A stretch of 64,000 bases of DNA from an archaeon (GTDB lineage Archaea; Nanobdellota; Nanobdellia; Woesearchaeales; JBDRAZ01): the NCBI GenBank assembly GCA_043823195.1, contig JBDRAZ010000038.1, positions 3,592 through 67,591 on the forward strand. The letters run 5' to 3'. Position numbers and translations under genes: made by a program. Positions 29,471-39,297 of the stretch are shown one piece after another. Below the pieces are notes generated by a model, which was not told the DNA's origin, made no database searches, and worked only from the letters and a program-made list of their open reading frames with translations. Within the stretch, counting starts at the first letter, position 1, and each line of letters opens with the position of its first letter.

Positions 29471-30478
29471 TTAATTTTCTGATTTTCTTAATTCTCTTAT
29501 GTTATCAATATCCTCGATGCCCTCTGCAATATTAATCCGTATCTTGGGTCCGAAGTGCCGGGTCAGGCGCCCTTCAAGAGCCGCTAACATGACATCGAAG
29601 TAACCCCAGCGGGCAGGCCTTCCAAGGATGGCTATTGAGCTGTACCTTAAAACGGTATTATATAAGATCTTAGCAAGGCTTTTCCTTCCGTCGGGCCCAG
29701 CTACCCTGCTGAAGTATCGTATTGATTTGAGCGGATGATCCTTGATCTTTCTCATGCTCCAAGCTTCCACAGCACGTTTAAGAGACCCTACAACTGCCTC
29801 AGCGCGGAATGAATGCACATCTCCCAACCGGACTGCGAGATCTGCAGAAAACACCAAACCAGGACGCCACAATTCGCTTCTGCCGTGATAGTTGTCTGAC
29901 CTGGTCCGTACCAGCGTGTAATAGAAGTCCGCCGGGGAACCGTACATTTTAGCCTCTGCAGAAATCCTGCCCCGAACCTGGCGTAAATGGGTTTCTATGG
30001 TTGTGCCTGATATTCGCGGAATATCGCATCCGGAGGCCAGGACCCAATCAGAGGGGGATCTTTGATTGCTGTATGCTGCAGCGCTCAGTGTGTTTCTAAT
30101 GAGGGCGCGCGAATCATTCCCGTCTGTAGGTGCCGGCCGGCCGTCAGACCCGAGCTCATAATCCAGGCAATGCTGGTGCCTCTCAGGTACAATCCGCCTA
30201 TAAAGTCCGTCTGACTCATCGCAGATATGAACATCAAACCGAGACAGCTCGGCCTGCAGGCTATCCTCAAGCCGCTTCTTCGGACCGCAGACATAGATGC
30301 TGTCAACATACGGGCCAAATTGTTCTATGACATGGGCAAGCATTGGCCGGCCGCCATAAGGAACAAGCCCTTTGCAGGCTTCTGTGACCTGACTCCCGCA
30401 GCGTTCATAAGCTATGAATCGCTCCGGATTGAAGTAGGTCCCCGATGGTATAACCAAAGGCAATTTCGGTTCAGGCAT
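29471..30478 (-). CDS. divergent nucleotidyltransferase (MobA-like NTP transferase fold)
   Basis: KGLVPYGGRPMLAHVI, GCDIP, DIDN. Confidence 0.65.
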   Translation of the reverse strand: MPEPKLPLVIPSGTYFNPERFIAYERCGSQVTEACKGLVPYGGRPMLAHVIEQFGPYVDSIYVCGPKKRLEDSLQAELSRFDVHICDESDGLYRRIVPERHQHCLDYELGSDGRPAPTDGNDSRALIRNTLSAAAYSNQRSPSDWVLASGCDIPRISGTTIETHLRQVRGRISAEAKMYGSPADFYYTLVRTRSDNYHGRSELWRPGLVFSADLAVRLGDVHSFRAEAVVGSLKRAVEAWSMRKIKDHPLKSIRYFSRVAGPDGRKSLAKILYNTVLRYSSIAILGRPARWGYFDVMLAALEGRLTRHFGPKIRINIAEGIEDIDNIRELRKSEN

Positions 30479-30521
30479 GACCGTGGTATTGCCCAGAATC
30501 TTAAAAATTTTTCTATTGCAT

Positions 30522-31784
30522 TTAAATGAACTGGCTAAGGGCTGTCTGGGGCCCTGCGGCAGGCGTCTTCCTTAATTTACAGGCACTTTCATCAAACACC
30601 GGAAATCCGTATTCGCCGTCATATCCCGGCTTAACTGTGATCTTTCCGGCACGGTTCTTCATTATTGCGTCAACAAGCTTTTCATCTGTCAGCTTCAGGA
30701 GTTCATCCGGGGACGCATTTAGGACAGCATCGTATTCAGACCCAAACGGCCTGACAATCTCATTGTAGGCCTTCCAGGTTTTTTGCGTTGCCACACCGCT
30801 CCCAATTACAGCAGAAATGATTTCCGAGAGGGGGATTATGGATTTGAATGGCACGGCACCCCGGGGCTTCTGACCCAGTGGCCTGTCGGCAAGCTCATCA
30901 ACCCGATGCAAAACACCGATAGTTAGCGGCCGCCTGCAGACAGGACAGATGTTATTCTTTTCTATCGCATCCCTGGGCTCGAGGCTTATGTTGCAGGCCC
31001 GATGCCCGTCAAAGTGGTACTTGCCGTATCCCGGATCAACCTCAATTGTCTCGGTCAGGCCCTCCTTTGTTTTCAGGGCCTTTAGGAGTGCAGCATAATC
31101 CAGCTGCGGCAGGTCAAAGATATTGCATTCTCGCCCTATCCTCCATGGCCAGAAGCTGTGGAGGTCAGAGTTTGAGACCAGGGTGTACTTATCGAGCGCG
31201 GAAAGGCGCCAGTTCATTTCCGGATCACTCGAAAGGCCGGTCTCAAGCGCATGGATATGCTTTGCCTGGTCGCCAAAGCATTCTTCAACAGAGGCAAACC
31301 CTGATTTTGACCCAAAGAGTCCGAACCAGGGTGTCCAGACGTGGGCAGGTATAATCTCGATATCTGCGTCAATCCCCTTCATAAGCTCAACAAATGCAGG
31401 GCAGCTCATACCGAAAATTGGCCGGCCGTCATAATCAGTTCTCCCTATCTTCCGGAGTTCGGTATTGACCTGTTCAACAACCTCAAAGCTTTTTGCCAGC
31501 ATGACCACATGGACTTTTCTTCCCCTGCCCCCCTGGGAATACATAAGAGAAACCTCTGACTGCAGCACAAAGGGAAAGCCTGATTTTGTTTTGAGTATCC
31601 CGCTTCCGTCTTCAGTTAGATTTGCCTTAAGCTCATCAAGCCATCTCGGATGGGTAAAGTCGCCGGTAGCAAGCAGGTTAAGCCCCTTGACTCTTGCGTA
31701 TTTCTCAAGGTTAGCTACGTTAAGCTCCCCGGAAGTTGCCCGGCTGTATTTGGAATGGATATGCAGATCAGCTATAACCCTCAT
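30522..31784 (-). CDS. endonuclease Q family PHP-domain protein
   Basis: DLHIHSKYSRATS, PAHVWTPW, ETGLSSD, NSDLHS, GKYH..GHRAC, CPVC...GV. Confidence 0.92.
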   Translation of the reverse strand: MRVIADLHIHSKYSRATSGELNVANLEKYARVKGLNLLATGDFTHPRWLDELKANLTEDGSGILKTKSGFPFVLQSEVSLMYSQGGRGRKVHVVMLAKSFEVVEQVNTELRKIGRTDYDGRPIFGMSCPAFVELMKGIDADIEIIPAHVWTPWFGLFGSKSGFASVEECFGDQAKHIHALETGLSSDPEMNWRLSALDKYTLVSNSDLHSFWPWRIGRECNIFDLPQLDYAALLKALKTKEGLTETIEVDPGYGKYHFDGHRACNISLEPRDAIEKNNICPVCRRPLTIGVLHRVDELADRPLGQKPRGAVPFKSIIPLSEIISAVIGSGVATQKTWKAYNEIVRPFGSEYDAVLNASPDELLKLTDEKLVDAIMKNRAGKITVKPGYDGEYGFPVFDESACKLRKTPAAGPQTALSQFI

Positions 31785-31968
31785 TTACGGCCATCAGATG
31801 CATCCAGTATAAAAAACTTTTTGGTTATGCAAAAGCCAATACTCTCAATTCGCAGAAATCGGAATATTCTGGCATGTTAGGAGGCCTTGCTTCCAGACTG
31901 GCCGGAGATGCAGGCCCGCGGGGTCGACCTACATCCAGAGATATAGCCGGTTATATGGGGGAGTCAGG

Positions 31969-32598
31969 TCATATCTCAATGACATCCATGGATTTTATCG
32001 CGCGGTCCACCAGAGCGTTAATATCCATTGAGTTTTCGTCCTGCACAAGATCCTCAGGCAGGACATTTGTTTTCGGCCTTTTTGGTACCACGACACAGCA
32101 TAGCCCCGGTTCTGAGGAAATTTCAAAGGTCCCTATCTGTTTTGCCAGTTCCACTGTCTCGTTTTTGTCACATGTCAGGAGGGGCCTCAGTATCGGAATC
32201 TTTACCGACTGTGATGCAGTGGTCAGGTTTGTAAGGGTCTGCGATGCTACCTGGCCAAGGTTCTCACCTGTTACAAGGCAATCGCATCTTTTGCCGGCAG
32301 CAACCCTTTCAGCTGTCCGCAGCATGATTCTCCTGCATAATACGCACTGGTTTCTGCGGTTTGCCGTCTTGATTATCTGCGCCTGGTTTTCGCCATGCTT
32401 TACTATGTAGAGCCTGCAGGGCTTTTTGGAGTGTCTCTTAAGAGCCTTAATCAGCCTTATTGTCTTGTCAACACCAGAGCCATCTGTAAACGGCTGGTTG
32501 TCAAAGTGAATATAATCCAGAGACACCCCAAGCTTAAGCATGACATAGGATGCAACCGGGCTATCTATCCCTGAGCTTATAAGGCTTAACCCCCTCAT
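31969..32598 (-). CDS. thiI: ThiI-like tRNA sulfurtransferase, PP-loop domain only
   Basis: SSGIDSPVA, TGENLGQVASQT, RPL...DK.E, IGTFEIS. Confidence 0.85.
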   Translation of the reverse strand: MRGLSLISSGIDSPVASYVMLKLGVSLDYIHFDNQPFTDGSGVDKTIRLIKALKRHSKKPCRLYIVKHGENQAQIIKTANRRNQCVLCRRIMLRTAERVAAGKRCDCLVTGENLGQVASQTLTNLTTASQSVKIPILRPLLTCDKNETVELAKQIGTFEISSEPGLCCVVVPKRPKTNVLPEDLVQDENSMDINALVDRAIKSMDVIEI

Positions 32599-33545
32599 TT
32601 TCCCGCCTCATAAATGCGCTTGGCTATCTCTTCGATTCTGCATTTGTCTTCCAGCGTCTTGAAGAGAAGCTCGCCATAGTTGTGGACAATGATCTCATCA
32701 GCCTCTTTTATTACCAATAATATTGGCGTATCTGCCACGACCGTGAATTTATTTCTGATCTGGTCAAGATCCAGCTGAATGTTCCTTTTCGGCTTAACTG
32801 AGTAGGCTGCCTTTGTCTTGCATTTCTGAATGGTGAAACCCAAATCCCCTGATCTGGTACAGGCAGGGCAATTTGGATTCTTTGGCACATGTATTGTCCG
32901 GAATTCATTCCTCCATATATCGCAGCGAATCAGCATGCCGGCCTTTTCTCCCACCAGCACCTTTATTGCCTCAGCTGCCTGCAATGCGCCGGTGGCTGCC
33001 GCAGCGGCATTGAGAATCCCTGTGTCATTGCAGGCATGGTCCCTTTTGTCTGTGTACATGCACTCAAGGCACGGACCCTCAGGCAAAACTGTGTACACCA
33101 GGCCGACAGTCCCGGCGCAGGCCGCATAGACGAGGGGTATCTTTTTTTGCCTGCAATAATCATTCAGGACCCTTGATGTGGCAAGATTATCGGTGCAGTC
33201 CAGAATCAGGTCTCCCCAAAGAATGCCAGCATTGTCTGACGTTATGTTGCTCTCGTGCGCTATGACCCTTACACCGGAGTTTACCTTCATCAGGCGCCTC
33301 CTGGCTGCCGAAACCTTTGGCTTTCCAATATCGTCTTCAGTGAAAAGCGTTTGCCGCTGCAGATTTGAAGGCTCTACCATGTCCCGGTCTATCAGCGCCA
33401 GGGACCCTATACCGGCCCTGGCGAGGAGTTCAGCACAGATTGTCCCCAGCGCACCGACTCCAACAATGGAGACCGAGCGTTTTTCAATTATCCTCTGCCC
33501 CTTTTTTCCGATTTGGGGGAGTTTGATGTGTCCGGAGTAGCGCAT
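32595..33545 (-). CDS. ThiF/MoeB/E1-like adenylyltransferase with C-terminal extension
   Basis: GVGALG, DRD.VE.SNLQRQ, DCTDN, CLEC, CPAC. Confidence 0.92.
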   Translation of the reverse strand: MRYSGHIKLPQIGKKGQRIIEKRSVSIVGVGALGTICAELLARAGIGSLALIDRDMVEPSNLQRQTLFTEDDIGKPKVSAARRRLMKVNSGVRVIAHESNITSDNAGILWGDLILDCTDNLATSRVLNDYCRQKKIPLVYAACAGTVGLVYTVLPEGPCLECMYTDKRDHACNDTGILNAAAAATGALQAAEAIKVLVGEKAGMLIRCDIWRNEFRTIHVPKNPNCPACTRSGDLGFTIQKCKTKAAYSVKPKRNIQLDLDQIRNKFTVVADTPILLVIKEADEIIVHNYGELLFKTLEDKCRIEEIAKRIYEAGK

Positions 33546-33679
33546 GGCCGGAGGTTTGATGGTTACTGTTATAAAGATTTCGCAGCAAAGTTTATAAACA
33601 AACCAAATACACCATAGGATTGGAGATGTGGGTAGTTGCTCACCTGAATCCATAAGTTGAGTAATAATGGAGGCTAAAA

Positions 33680-34180
33680 ATGGGATTATACAAATATATC
33701 AGGGACCTTTGGAAAAAGCCGAAGGACATTGAATTATGGAAACAGCGGTTGGTTGAGTGGAGGCGGGAGCCAAGCACCGTCAGGGTGTTGCGTCCAACAC
33801 GAATCGACCGGGCTCGTTCTCTTGGATACCGTGCAAAGCCCGGGTTTATTGTTGTCAGGCAGCGGGTAATGCGGGGCGGCCGGAAGAGGGAGACCTTCAA
33901 GAGCGGACGCCGGTCCAAGCACCGCGGCATGCGAAAGGTCATTACCAAAAACTACAGGCAGGTAGCTGAGGAGCGCACACAGAAGAAATTCAGGAATTGT
34001 GAAGTGCTGAACTCATATTGGGTTGCACAGGATGGCAAATACTACTGGTTTGAGGTCATCCTGCTGGACAGGGCGCACCCTGCCATTCTTGCTGACAAAC
34101 AAATCAACTGGATCACCCAGAAAAAAGGAAGGGTGTTCCGGGGCCTTACAAGAGCAGGAAAGAAATCCCAGAGATCATAA
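33680..34180 (+). CDS. rpl15e: 50S ribosomal protein L15e
   Basis: [33 protein letters not shown]. Confidence 0.97.
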   Translation: MGLYKYIRDLWKKPKDIELWKQRLVEWRREPSTVRVLRPTRIDRARSLGYRAKPGFIVVRQRVMRGGRKRETFKSGRRSKHRGMRKVITKNYRQVAEERTQKKFRNCEVLNSYWVAQDGKYYWFEVILLDRAHPAILADKQINWITQKKGRVFRGLTRAGKKSQRS

Positions 34181-34354
34181 ATCCCCGCCGAGATCCTTTC
34201 TCAGCTGCAGGTCATCCCTGGTCACCTCGTTAAGCAGGTCTTGCGCTGTCTTAACGGGCGCTAAGGTGCCGGGGGCTCCGCAGTAGGGACAGTTCTTGGG
34301 GATCTTGTTTTTTTCAATCTCATATTTGCATTTGGTGCATCTGAATTTGGCCAT
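34175..34354 (-). CDS. small zinc-ribbon/rubredoxin-like protein (59 aa), not in ORF track
   Basis: [12 protein letters not shown]...CPYCG. Confidence 0.75.
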   Translation of the reverse strand: MAKFRCTKCKYEIEKNKIPKNCPYCGAPGTLAPVKTAQDLLNEVTRDDLQLRKDLGGDL

Positions 34355-34441
34355 AGCCGTTATAGCAAATTTGTAAGTATTTATAGTTTTCCAAGGATTT
34401 GCTCAAGAAAGTTTATATAGAATACCAACTCATGACTACTC

Positions 34442-34795
34442 ATGAAGAGATACGAAAAGGACAGGCTGATCATAACTGCATTCATAGTAATAGCGGTCAC
34501 CAGCATCCTGCTTTATTCAGACAGGGCTGAGTCTGATATCGTTGTGAAGAAGCTGCTTTTTAGTGATATCAACAGCTCGCATTTCTGCATAAGGTTCACA
34601 GTTGAGAATCACAGAAACATGAATGCCAACTGCACGACATGGATTCATCTTGAAAATAATGAACATCGGCAGCTGCTCACACATCCCGTAGGTGTCATCT
34701 CTGCAAAAGGGGACGAATCATACGGAATCATTGCCTCAATGCCCCCGGGAAACACGGATACGTCAGTGTATGTAAACTGCAGTTGGTTTGCATGA
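34442..34795 (+). CDS. membrane-anchored hypothetical protein
   Basis: N-terminal TM then a beta-rich domain; TTTATATA box upstream. Confidence 0.6.
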   Translation: MKRYEKDRLIITAFIVIAVTSILLYSDRAESDIVVKKLLFSDINSSHFCIRFTVENHRNMNANCTTWIHLENNEHRQLLTHPVGVISAKGDESYGIIASMPPGNTDTSVYVNCSWFA

Positions 34796-36009
34796 TATAC
34801 TGCACCATGTTTTCAAGCCTCACGCTGCCCACGGGGGCACACCATTACTATTCCGGGGTTTCCCGGCTGCTCAGCGGATTCGGGACGGGCATTGCCTTCA
34901 GCAAAATACTCGGGATGAGGCCACAGAGGCAGGACACGGTCCTTGCTAACATCGGCCCGTTCGGATTCATTTACCACTATCTCCGGCAGAGGCATAACCT
35001 GCATTTCAGGATTGTAAGGGATGTCCAGGCGCCCCTGCTCTCAAGCTATCTCTTCTGCGAAAACATATGCTCGACCCTAATGGAAGACTATGATGCTGTC
35101 CTGTTCCCCTCAGAGTATGCAAGGCAATTGTACATCAGACTGTTCCCGCGGCTCAACTGCAATAATACGTTTGTCTGCTATCCCATTCTGCACAGGTTTC
35201 CGGAACAGCAAACACGGCACAGGACCCGGCGGAAGACAATAGGCTGCATCGGGAGGCTCAGCGAAGACAAGAACATTGACCAGCTGCTTGAGGCATTTTT
35301 CGGCATGAATGATTTTGACCTGGTTCTGTGCGGGCATCAGGTCCAGCCATACCTGAAAGAGAATATAGTCAGGATGATGCGGAACAGGGGCCTTGAGGAA
35401 AGCAGGATAGAATTCACAGAGACCAGCAGCATATGGGAAATCCTGGACCGGATAGACATATTGGCATTTCCGTCAACATCATCAGTGGAGAGCCTGGGAA
35501 GAGTCATTATGGAAGCCAGCCACATGGGCATTCCTGTGGTCGCCGCAAACCATGCCGCATCACCGGAACTGCTGCCCGGGAGCAATCTCCTGCATGTTGC
35601 ATATAATAACGGGCCGGTCAGCCTGGAAAACCCGAAGCCGTTGGGGACCGTCTCGGTTGAAGAGCTCAGGGACAAGCTGAAGACCTCTCAGGCCATTGGA
35701 AGCAATGACTATTATCATGACCATGATGCCAAGCTGAAATGCATCCTGGACGGCAGCTGCAGGCCAGATGAAGCCAGGGACCTCGACAGGGAGGTAGTGA
35801 GATTTATTGAGGCTGCCAGGGTGCGCCTGAATGACTACCGCATCCCGGCAAGAGAGGCGGTAAAGGCTGCAGTTGCGCATCTGTCAGCCGGCAATTATGC
35901 TGATTTTGCAAAGACCGGCTATGAGATAGCTGAGGGGCTCAACTACAGGCCCTATCTGACACTTGCGCTGGATTTGCCAGGGGATCTAGAGCAGAATAGG
36001 AGCCGCTGA
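34792..36009 (+). CDS. glycosyltransferase family 4
   Basis: IGRLSEDKN, FPS...ESLGRVIMEA..MGIPVVA. Confidence 0.85.
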   Translation: MIYCTMFSSLTLPTGAHHYYSGVSRLLSGFGTGIAFSKILGMRPQRQDTVLANIGPFGFIYHYLRQRHNLHFRIVRDVQAPLLSSYLFCENICSTLMEDYDAVLFPSEYARQLYIRLFPRLNCNNTFVCYPILHRFPEQQTRHRTRRKTIGCIGRLSEDKNIDQLLEAFFGMNDFDLVLCGHQVQPYLKENIVRMMRNRGLEESRIEFTETSSIWEILDRIDILAFPSTSSVESLGRVIMEASHMGIPVVAANHAASPELLPGSNLLHVAYNNGPVSLENPKPLGTVSVEELRDKLKTSQAIGSNDYYHDHDAKLKCILDGSCRPDEARDLDREVVRFIEAARVRLNDYRIPAREAVKAAVAHLSAGNYADFAKTGYEIAEGLNYRPYLTLALDLPGDLEQNRSR

Positions 36010-36967
36010 TGAGCCAGGCAGAATACCTGAGCCCTGACATGCACTCCTCCAGATAGGGGCATTGCCTGCACCCGTCTGCCACAATCTCAAGGCTCCTCAG
36101 CTGGCGCATTGCTTCTGTGTGCCAGGCATTGTATATTGAATCGCTGAGTGCACTGCCCAGGTCCTTTTTGATAAAATAGCTGGGATGGATCCGCCCCCTT
36201 GCATCTACTGCCAGAAGGCTCCTTCCGTCATCATTTATGCCCCCCACAAGCACAGACCTGCTCATCTCTATTTCAGCTGCACAATAGGGCACGGCGTTTG
36301 CTATCTGGACATGGATTTTGTATTTATTGTTCAGGCTCCAGATCCTCCTGATTGCTGTTCGGGCATCATCCTGCGACCAGGGATGGGGGTTCGTCTCCGT
36401 CGGAACCGGGCGCAGCAGGAACCAATCTGCAGGAATCTGCGAGAAGATCTGATAATAGCTTTCGAGGGTCTTGATATTCCCTGTTGTGAGGATGGTGCAG
36501 AAGCTGGCCCTGTAGCCGCTGCGCCCCACAAGGCTGATCTTGCCCTCATCAATATTATGGAAGGAAACCAGAATCTCATCAGCCAGGCCGAGAGCCGGAT
36601 TCTTGACGGTTGCATTCGTGTTCAGTATGACATAGAGGCCTTTCTTCCTTGCGTATTTTATTATCTCAGGCAGGTCTTCTCTCAGGCAGGGCTCGCCGCC
36701 GGTGATCCGTATAGCCTTAACATGAGAATCAGCTATGTTGTCGATAATCCTGATGGCACCTGTTTTCGAGATGTCCGGATACCTTTCAGGGGCGAAGCAG
36801 AAGGCGCAATCCAGGTTGCATCGGGTCGTGATCTGGAGCTTGACCTCTTCCGGAACATCGTATTCAGGGCTGGCCCGCCCAATCGTACCTGAACACCCAT
36901 GCAGGTGCCTGCAGGACATGCAGCCAAGATGCTTGGCAGAACCAGTGGAAAAGCAGAGTGGTTTCAT
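35939..36967 (-). CDS. radical SAM/SPASM protein of the RiPP-like cluster
   Basis: CNLDCAFC, TGGEP, C-terminal CRQCPYLEECMSG; extra N-terminal CMSCRHLHGC. Confidence 0.88.
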   Translation of the reverse strand: MKPLCFSTGSAKHLGCMSCRHLHGCSGTIGRASPEYDVPEEVKLQITTRCNLDCAFCFAPERYPDISKTGAIRIIDNIADSHVKAIRITGGEPCLREDLPEIIKYARKKGLYVILNTNATVKNPALGLADEILVSFHNIDEGKISLVGRSGYRASFCTILTTGNIKTLESYYQIFSQIPADWFLLRPVPTETNPHPWSQDDARTAIRRIWSLNNKYKIHVQIANAVPYCAAEIEMSRSVLVGGINDDGRSLLAVDARGRIHPSYFIKKDLGSALSDSIYNAWHTEAMRQLRSLEIVADGCRQCPYLEECMSGLRYSAWLISGSYSALDPLANPAQVSDRACS

Positions 36968-37179
36968 CAGTAGTGCGTATGCGACCCGACAGCGGTATTG
37001 CCTGATTTTGCAACAGTAACTACGCCCGCCTTAACGCTTTTAGAGGCAAGGGCCGCAGCAACGGCAGCCGTCCCGATGAATGCGCCGACCGTCACCATGG
37101 ATTGCTTTGATATCTTGCCCTTTTCTGACTTGACATATGCTGCAAGTTTCTTTTTGATTCTGGGCAGAGTAGTTCTCAA
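36967..37179 (-). CDS. putative RiPP precursor peptide (70 aa)
   Basis: TTG start with SD GGAGTGA and its own TTTAAATA box; basic leader, hydrophobic helix, C-terminal GSHTHY; lies between two radical SAM genes. Confidence 0.75.
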   Translation of the reverse strand: MRTTLPRIKKKLAAYVKSEKGKISKQSMVTVGAFIGTAAVAAALASKSVKAGVVTVAKSGNTAVGSHTHY

Positions 37180-37240
37180 ACTATTTCACTCCTTTTTTCC
37201 AACCTAAAACCGCTGCTTGAAATATTTAAATGTTTCCCTT

Positions 37241-38602
37241 TTATCTGACATCTTCTATCCAATCGAGGAATAGGCGCCTGCATTCGCTGCTTTTCAGCAT
37301 CTTTGAGAAGAGGTAATCAAACTGAAGCTTTGCCAGCCTGCACCGGTCATCATTTGGGAGCTGCGGGATGGGATTTCCTGTCTTTGCGTAGCTGCGTACC
37401 GGGCAGATGCCGCAATAGGGCTTCCAGATGCAGGCATCGCAGATCAGGGTTTCATTGACCGAGAGTTCAACCAGGCCCTTTACATCCGGTGATTTGAGCA
37501 GATCCCCATATGTGTGCTCCTGCACGTCGCCAACCAGGAAAAAGTCGTCACCGGTCAGCCTGGCCTCATCACAGGAGTAGATATCGCCGTTTGTGTCATA
37601 GGCAAGGGTGCCTATCACGGCGCCGCAGGGGCTGTCCATGCAGAGGTAGCGTGGGTTTGCATCTGTCAGGATCTTTTTAAGCATGAAACAGGTTCCCTTT
37701 TCCTTCAGGGTTCCCTTCTCAATCAGGCTGTCCATTGCCTTTTTCCAGAACCCGAAATACTCCTCAATTTCATACCCCACCGTCTCCCAGTTCCGGTCCG
37801 CGCGGTTAATCCTTGACACCGGCTGCAGCCAAATCCGCTCAAAACCAAGCGATGCGTATTCATCAATGATTTCCTGATGGTACGGAAGCGATGCACGCGT
37901 AACCACGAGGAGGGCTTCAATCATCCATGGCTTTTTTTTCTTAACTTCCCTAATCCACTTCACTGCAGCCTCATAGGAGCCTCTGCCGCCGGGATCAGGG
38001 CGGTTCATGTCATGCAGCAGCTTATGGCCATCAAGCGAGACCATGATCTTTACGCTTTTCTCCAAACAATAATCCAGAATGCCCTTGCTCATGAGCGTGA
38101 GATTTGTGACAATCACAAACTCAATATCCTTGTTGTGCTTGTGGTTGAGTTTTTCGGACAGCTCTATTACTAGTTTCACTATCGGGAAATTGAGCAGCGG
38201 CTCGCCGCCCTGGAATTCTATGCGGATGGATTCAGACGGCGTCTGGAAGATGAAATCCACAACCGCCTTTGCCACCTTAGGTGTCATGTCTGTTTCCTCT
38301 GCGCCTATTGCCGAATGGCAGTATGTGCAGTTCAGGTTGCAGCGCATGGTCGGGACCACAACATGCAGGGATGGTCCGCCCGACAGGCAGGCATATTTGT
38401 TCCTGTACCTCTTCTGAATCTTCTTAAGGCTCTTTTTGGTGAGGATCATGCCATGCTTTTCCAGCTTATCCCCTCCATCCGGATGCCCCTGGCGGTACCT
38501 GATGTAGTCCGGCTTGCTGAGGGCCAGCCACTGGCCGCAATCGTTGACAAGAAGATAACGGCTGCCTATGCGTTTCGTCCTGACAATACCCTGACTAGGC
38601 AT
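37241..38602 (-). CDS. hxsB: His-Xaa-Ser system radical SAM maturase HxsB-like
   Basis: PSLHVVVPTMRCNLNCTYC, IEFQGGEPL, SPCGA...LAY...GDIYSCDE, C..C.WKPYCGICP. Confidence 0.85.
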   Translation of the reverse strand: MPSQGIVRTKRIGSRYLLVNDCGQWLALSKPDYIRYRQGHPDGGDKLEKHGMILTKKSLKKIQKRYRNKYACLSGGPSLHVVVPTMRCNLNCTYCHSAIGAEETDMTPKVAKAVVDFIFQTPSESIRIEFQGGEPLLNFPIVKLVIELSEKLNHKHNKDIEFVIVTNLTLMSKGILDYCLEKSVKIMVSLDGHKLLHDMNRPDPGGRGSYEAAVKWIREVKKKKPWMIEALLVVTRASLPYHQEIIDEYASLGFERIWLQPVSRINRADRNWETVGYEIEEYFGFWKKAMDSLIEKGTLKEKGTCFMLKKILTDANPRYLCMDSPCGAVIGTLAYDTNGDIYSCDEARLTGDDFFLVGDVQEHTYGDLLKSPDVKGLVELSVNETLICDACIWKPYCGICPVRSYAKTGNPIPQLPNDDRCRLAKLQFDYLFSKMLKSSECRRLFLDWIEDVR

Positions 38603-38849
38603 TTTGCATTAATCCCAGAACATAGTTGTAGAATTCATATCCGAGTGTGGAAAGAGCAATGGAACCGGATTTGGGCGAGAGTGAGATGAACAGCTTATTT
38701 TTTACATCGCCGTCAAGGGCTACCCAGCAGCTGTCTGTGAAGGCCTGGGATGCCTCGATAATGGCTGAATAATCATATATCCTTGTATCTATGAAAAGCC
38801 TGACCTCGTTTTTCGCTTCATCCACCACTATTCCTTCTCCTGCACCCAT
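38595..38849 (-). CDS. HxsD-like accessory protein
   Basis: IDTRIY...AI..A...F...C and EFYNYVL pattern; next to hxsB. Confidence 0.7.
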   Translation of the reverse strand: MGAGEGIVVDEAKNEVRLFIDTRIYDYSAIIEASQAFTDSCWVALDGDVKNKLFISLSPKSGSIALSTLGYEFYNYVLGLMQNA

Positions 38850-39259
38850 GGTTTTCTTATGCCTTCCGGATCATCTTCACTGGCCCCAAAATCCTCTTCC
38901 TCATCAAGGAGGGTTTTCTCTGCCTGCTTTTTTTCTGCACCTGCTGACAGGGCCTTTTTTACTATCTCTGTGCGGATTTCGTTATTTTTTTCAATCTGCG
39001 ATTTATATACTGCATAATTCAGAAGCTCATTATTAAACATCCTTCCAATCCTTAGGAGGTCTGCCTTTACTGTCGGCCTTATCTCAACCAGGATCTCCTT
39101 ATCAGGATCCCCTGTGACAACAATATACGCCCTGTCAATCAGCGTGTAGGCTGCTGAATGAACCACATCCAGCGCATATATTTTCGGATTCACTGATATG
39201 ACTAGGTAATCTTTGTGAATCTCAAGATTTCCAGCGTATTCCCCCACACCCTCACCCAT
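38828..39259 (-). CDS. hxsD: HxsD-like accessory protein
   Basis: VNPKIYALDVVHSAAY, FNNELLNY...EIR..IVKKAL. Confidence 0.75.
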   Translation of the reverse strand: MGEGVGEYAGNLEIHKDYLVISVNPKIYALDVVHSAAYTLIDRAYIVVTGDPDKEILVEIRPTVKADLLRIGRMFNNELLNYAVYKSQIEKNNEIRTEIVKKALSAGAEKKQAEKTLLDEEEDFGASEDDPEGIRKPWVQEKE

Positions 39260-39297
39260 CGTTCGGGAACTAATCTTTGTATATAAAATCTTCGATT

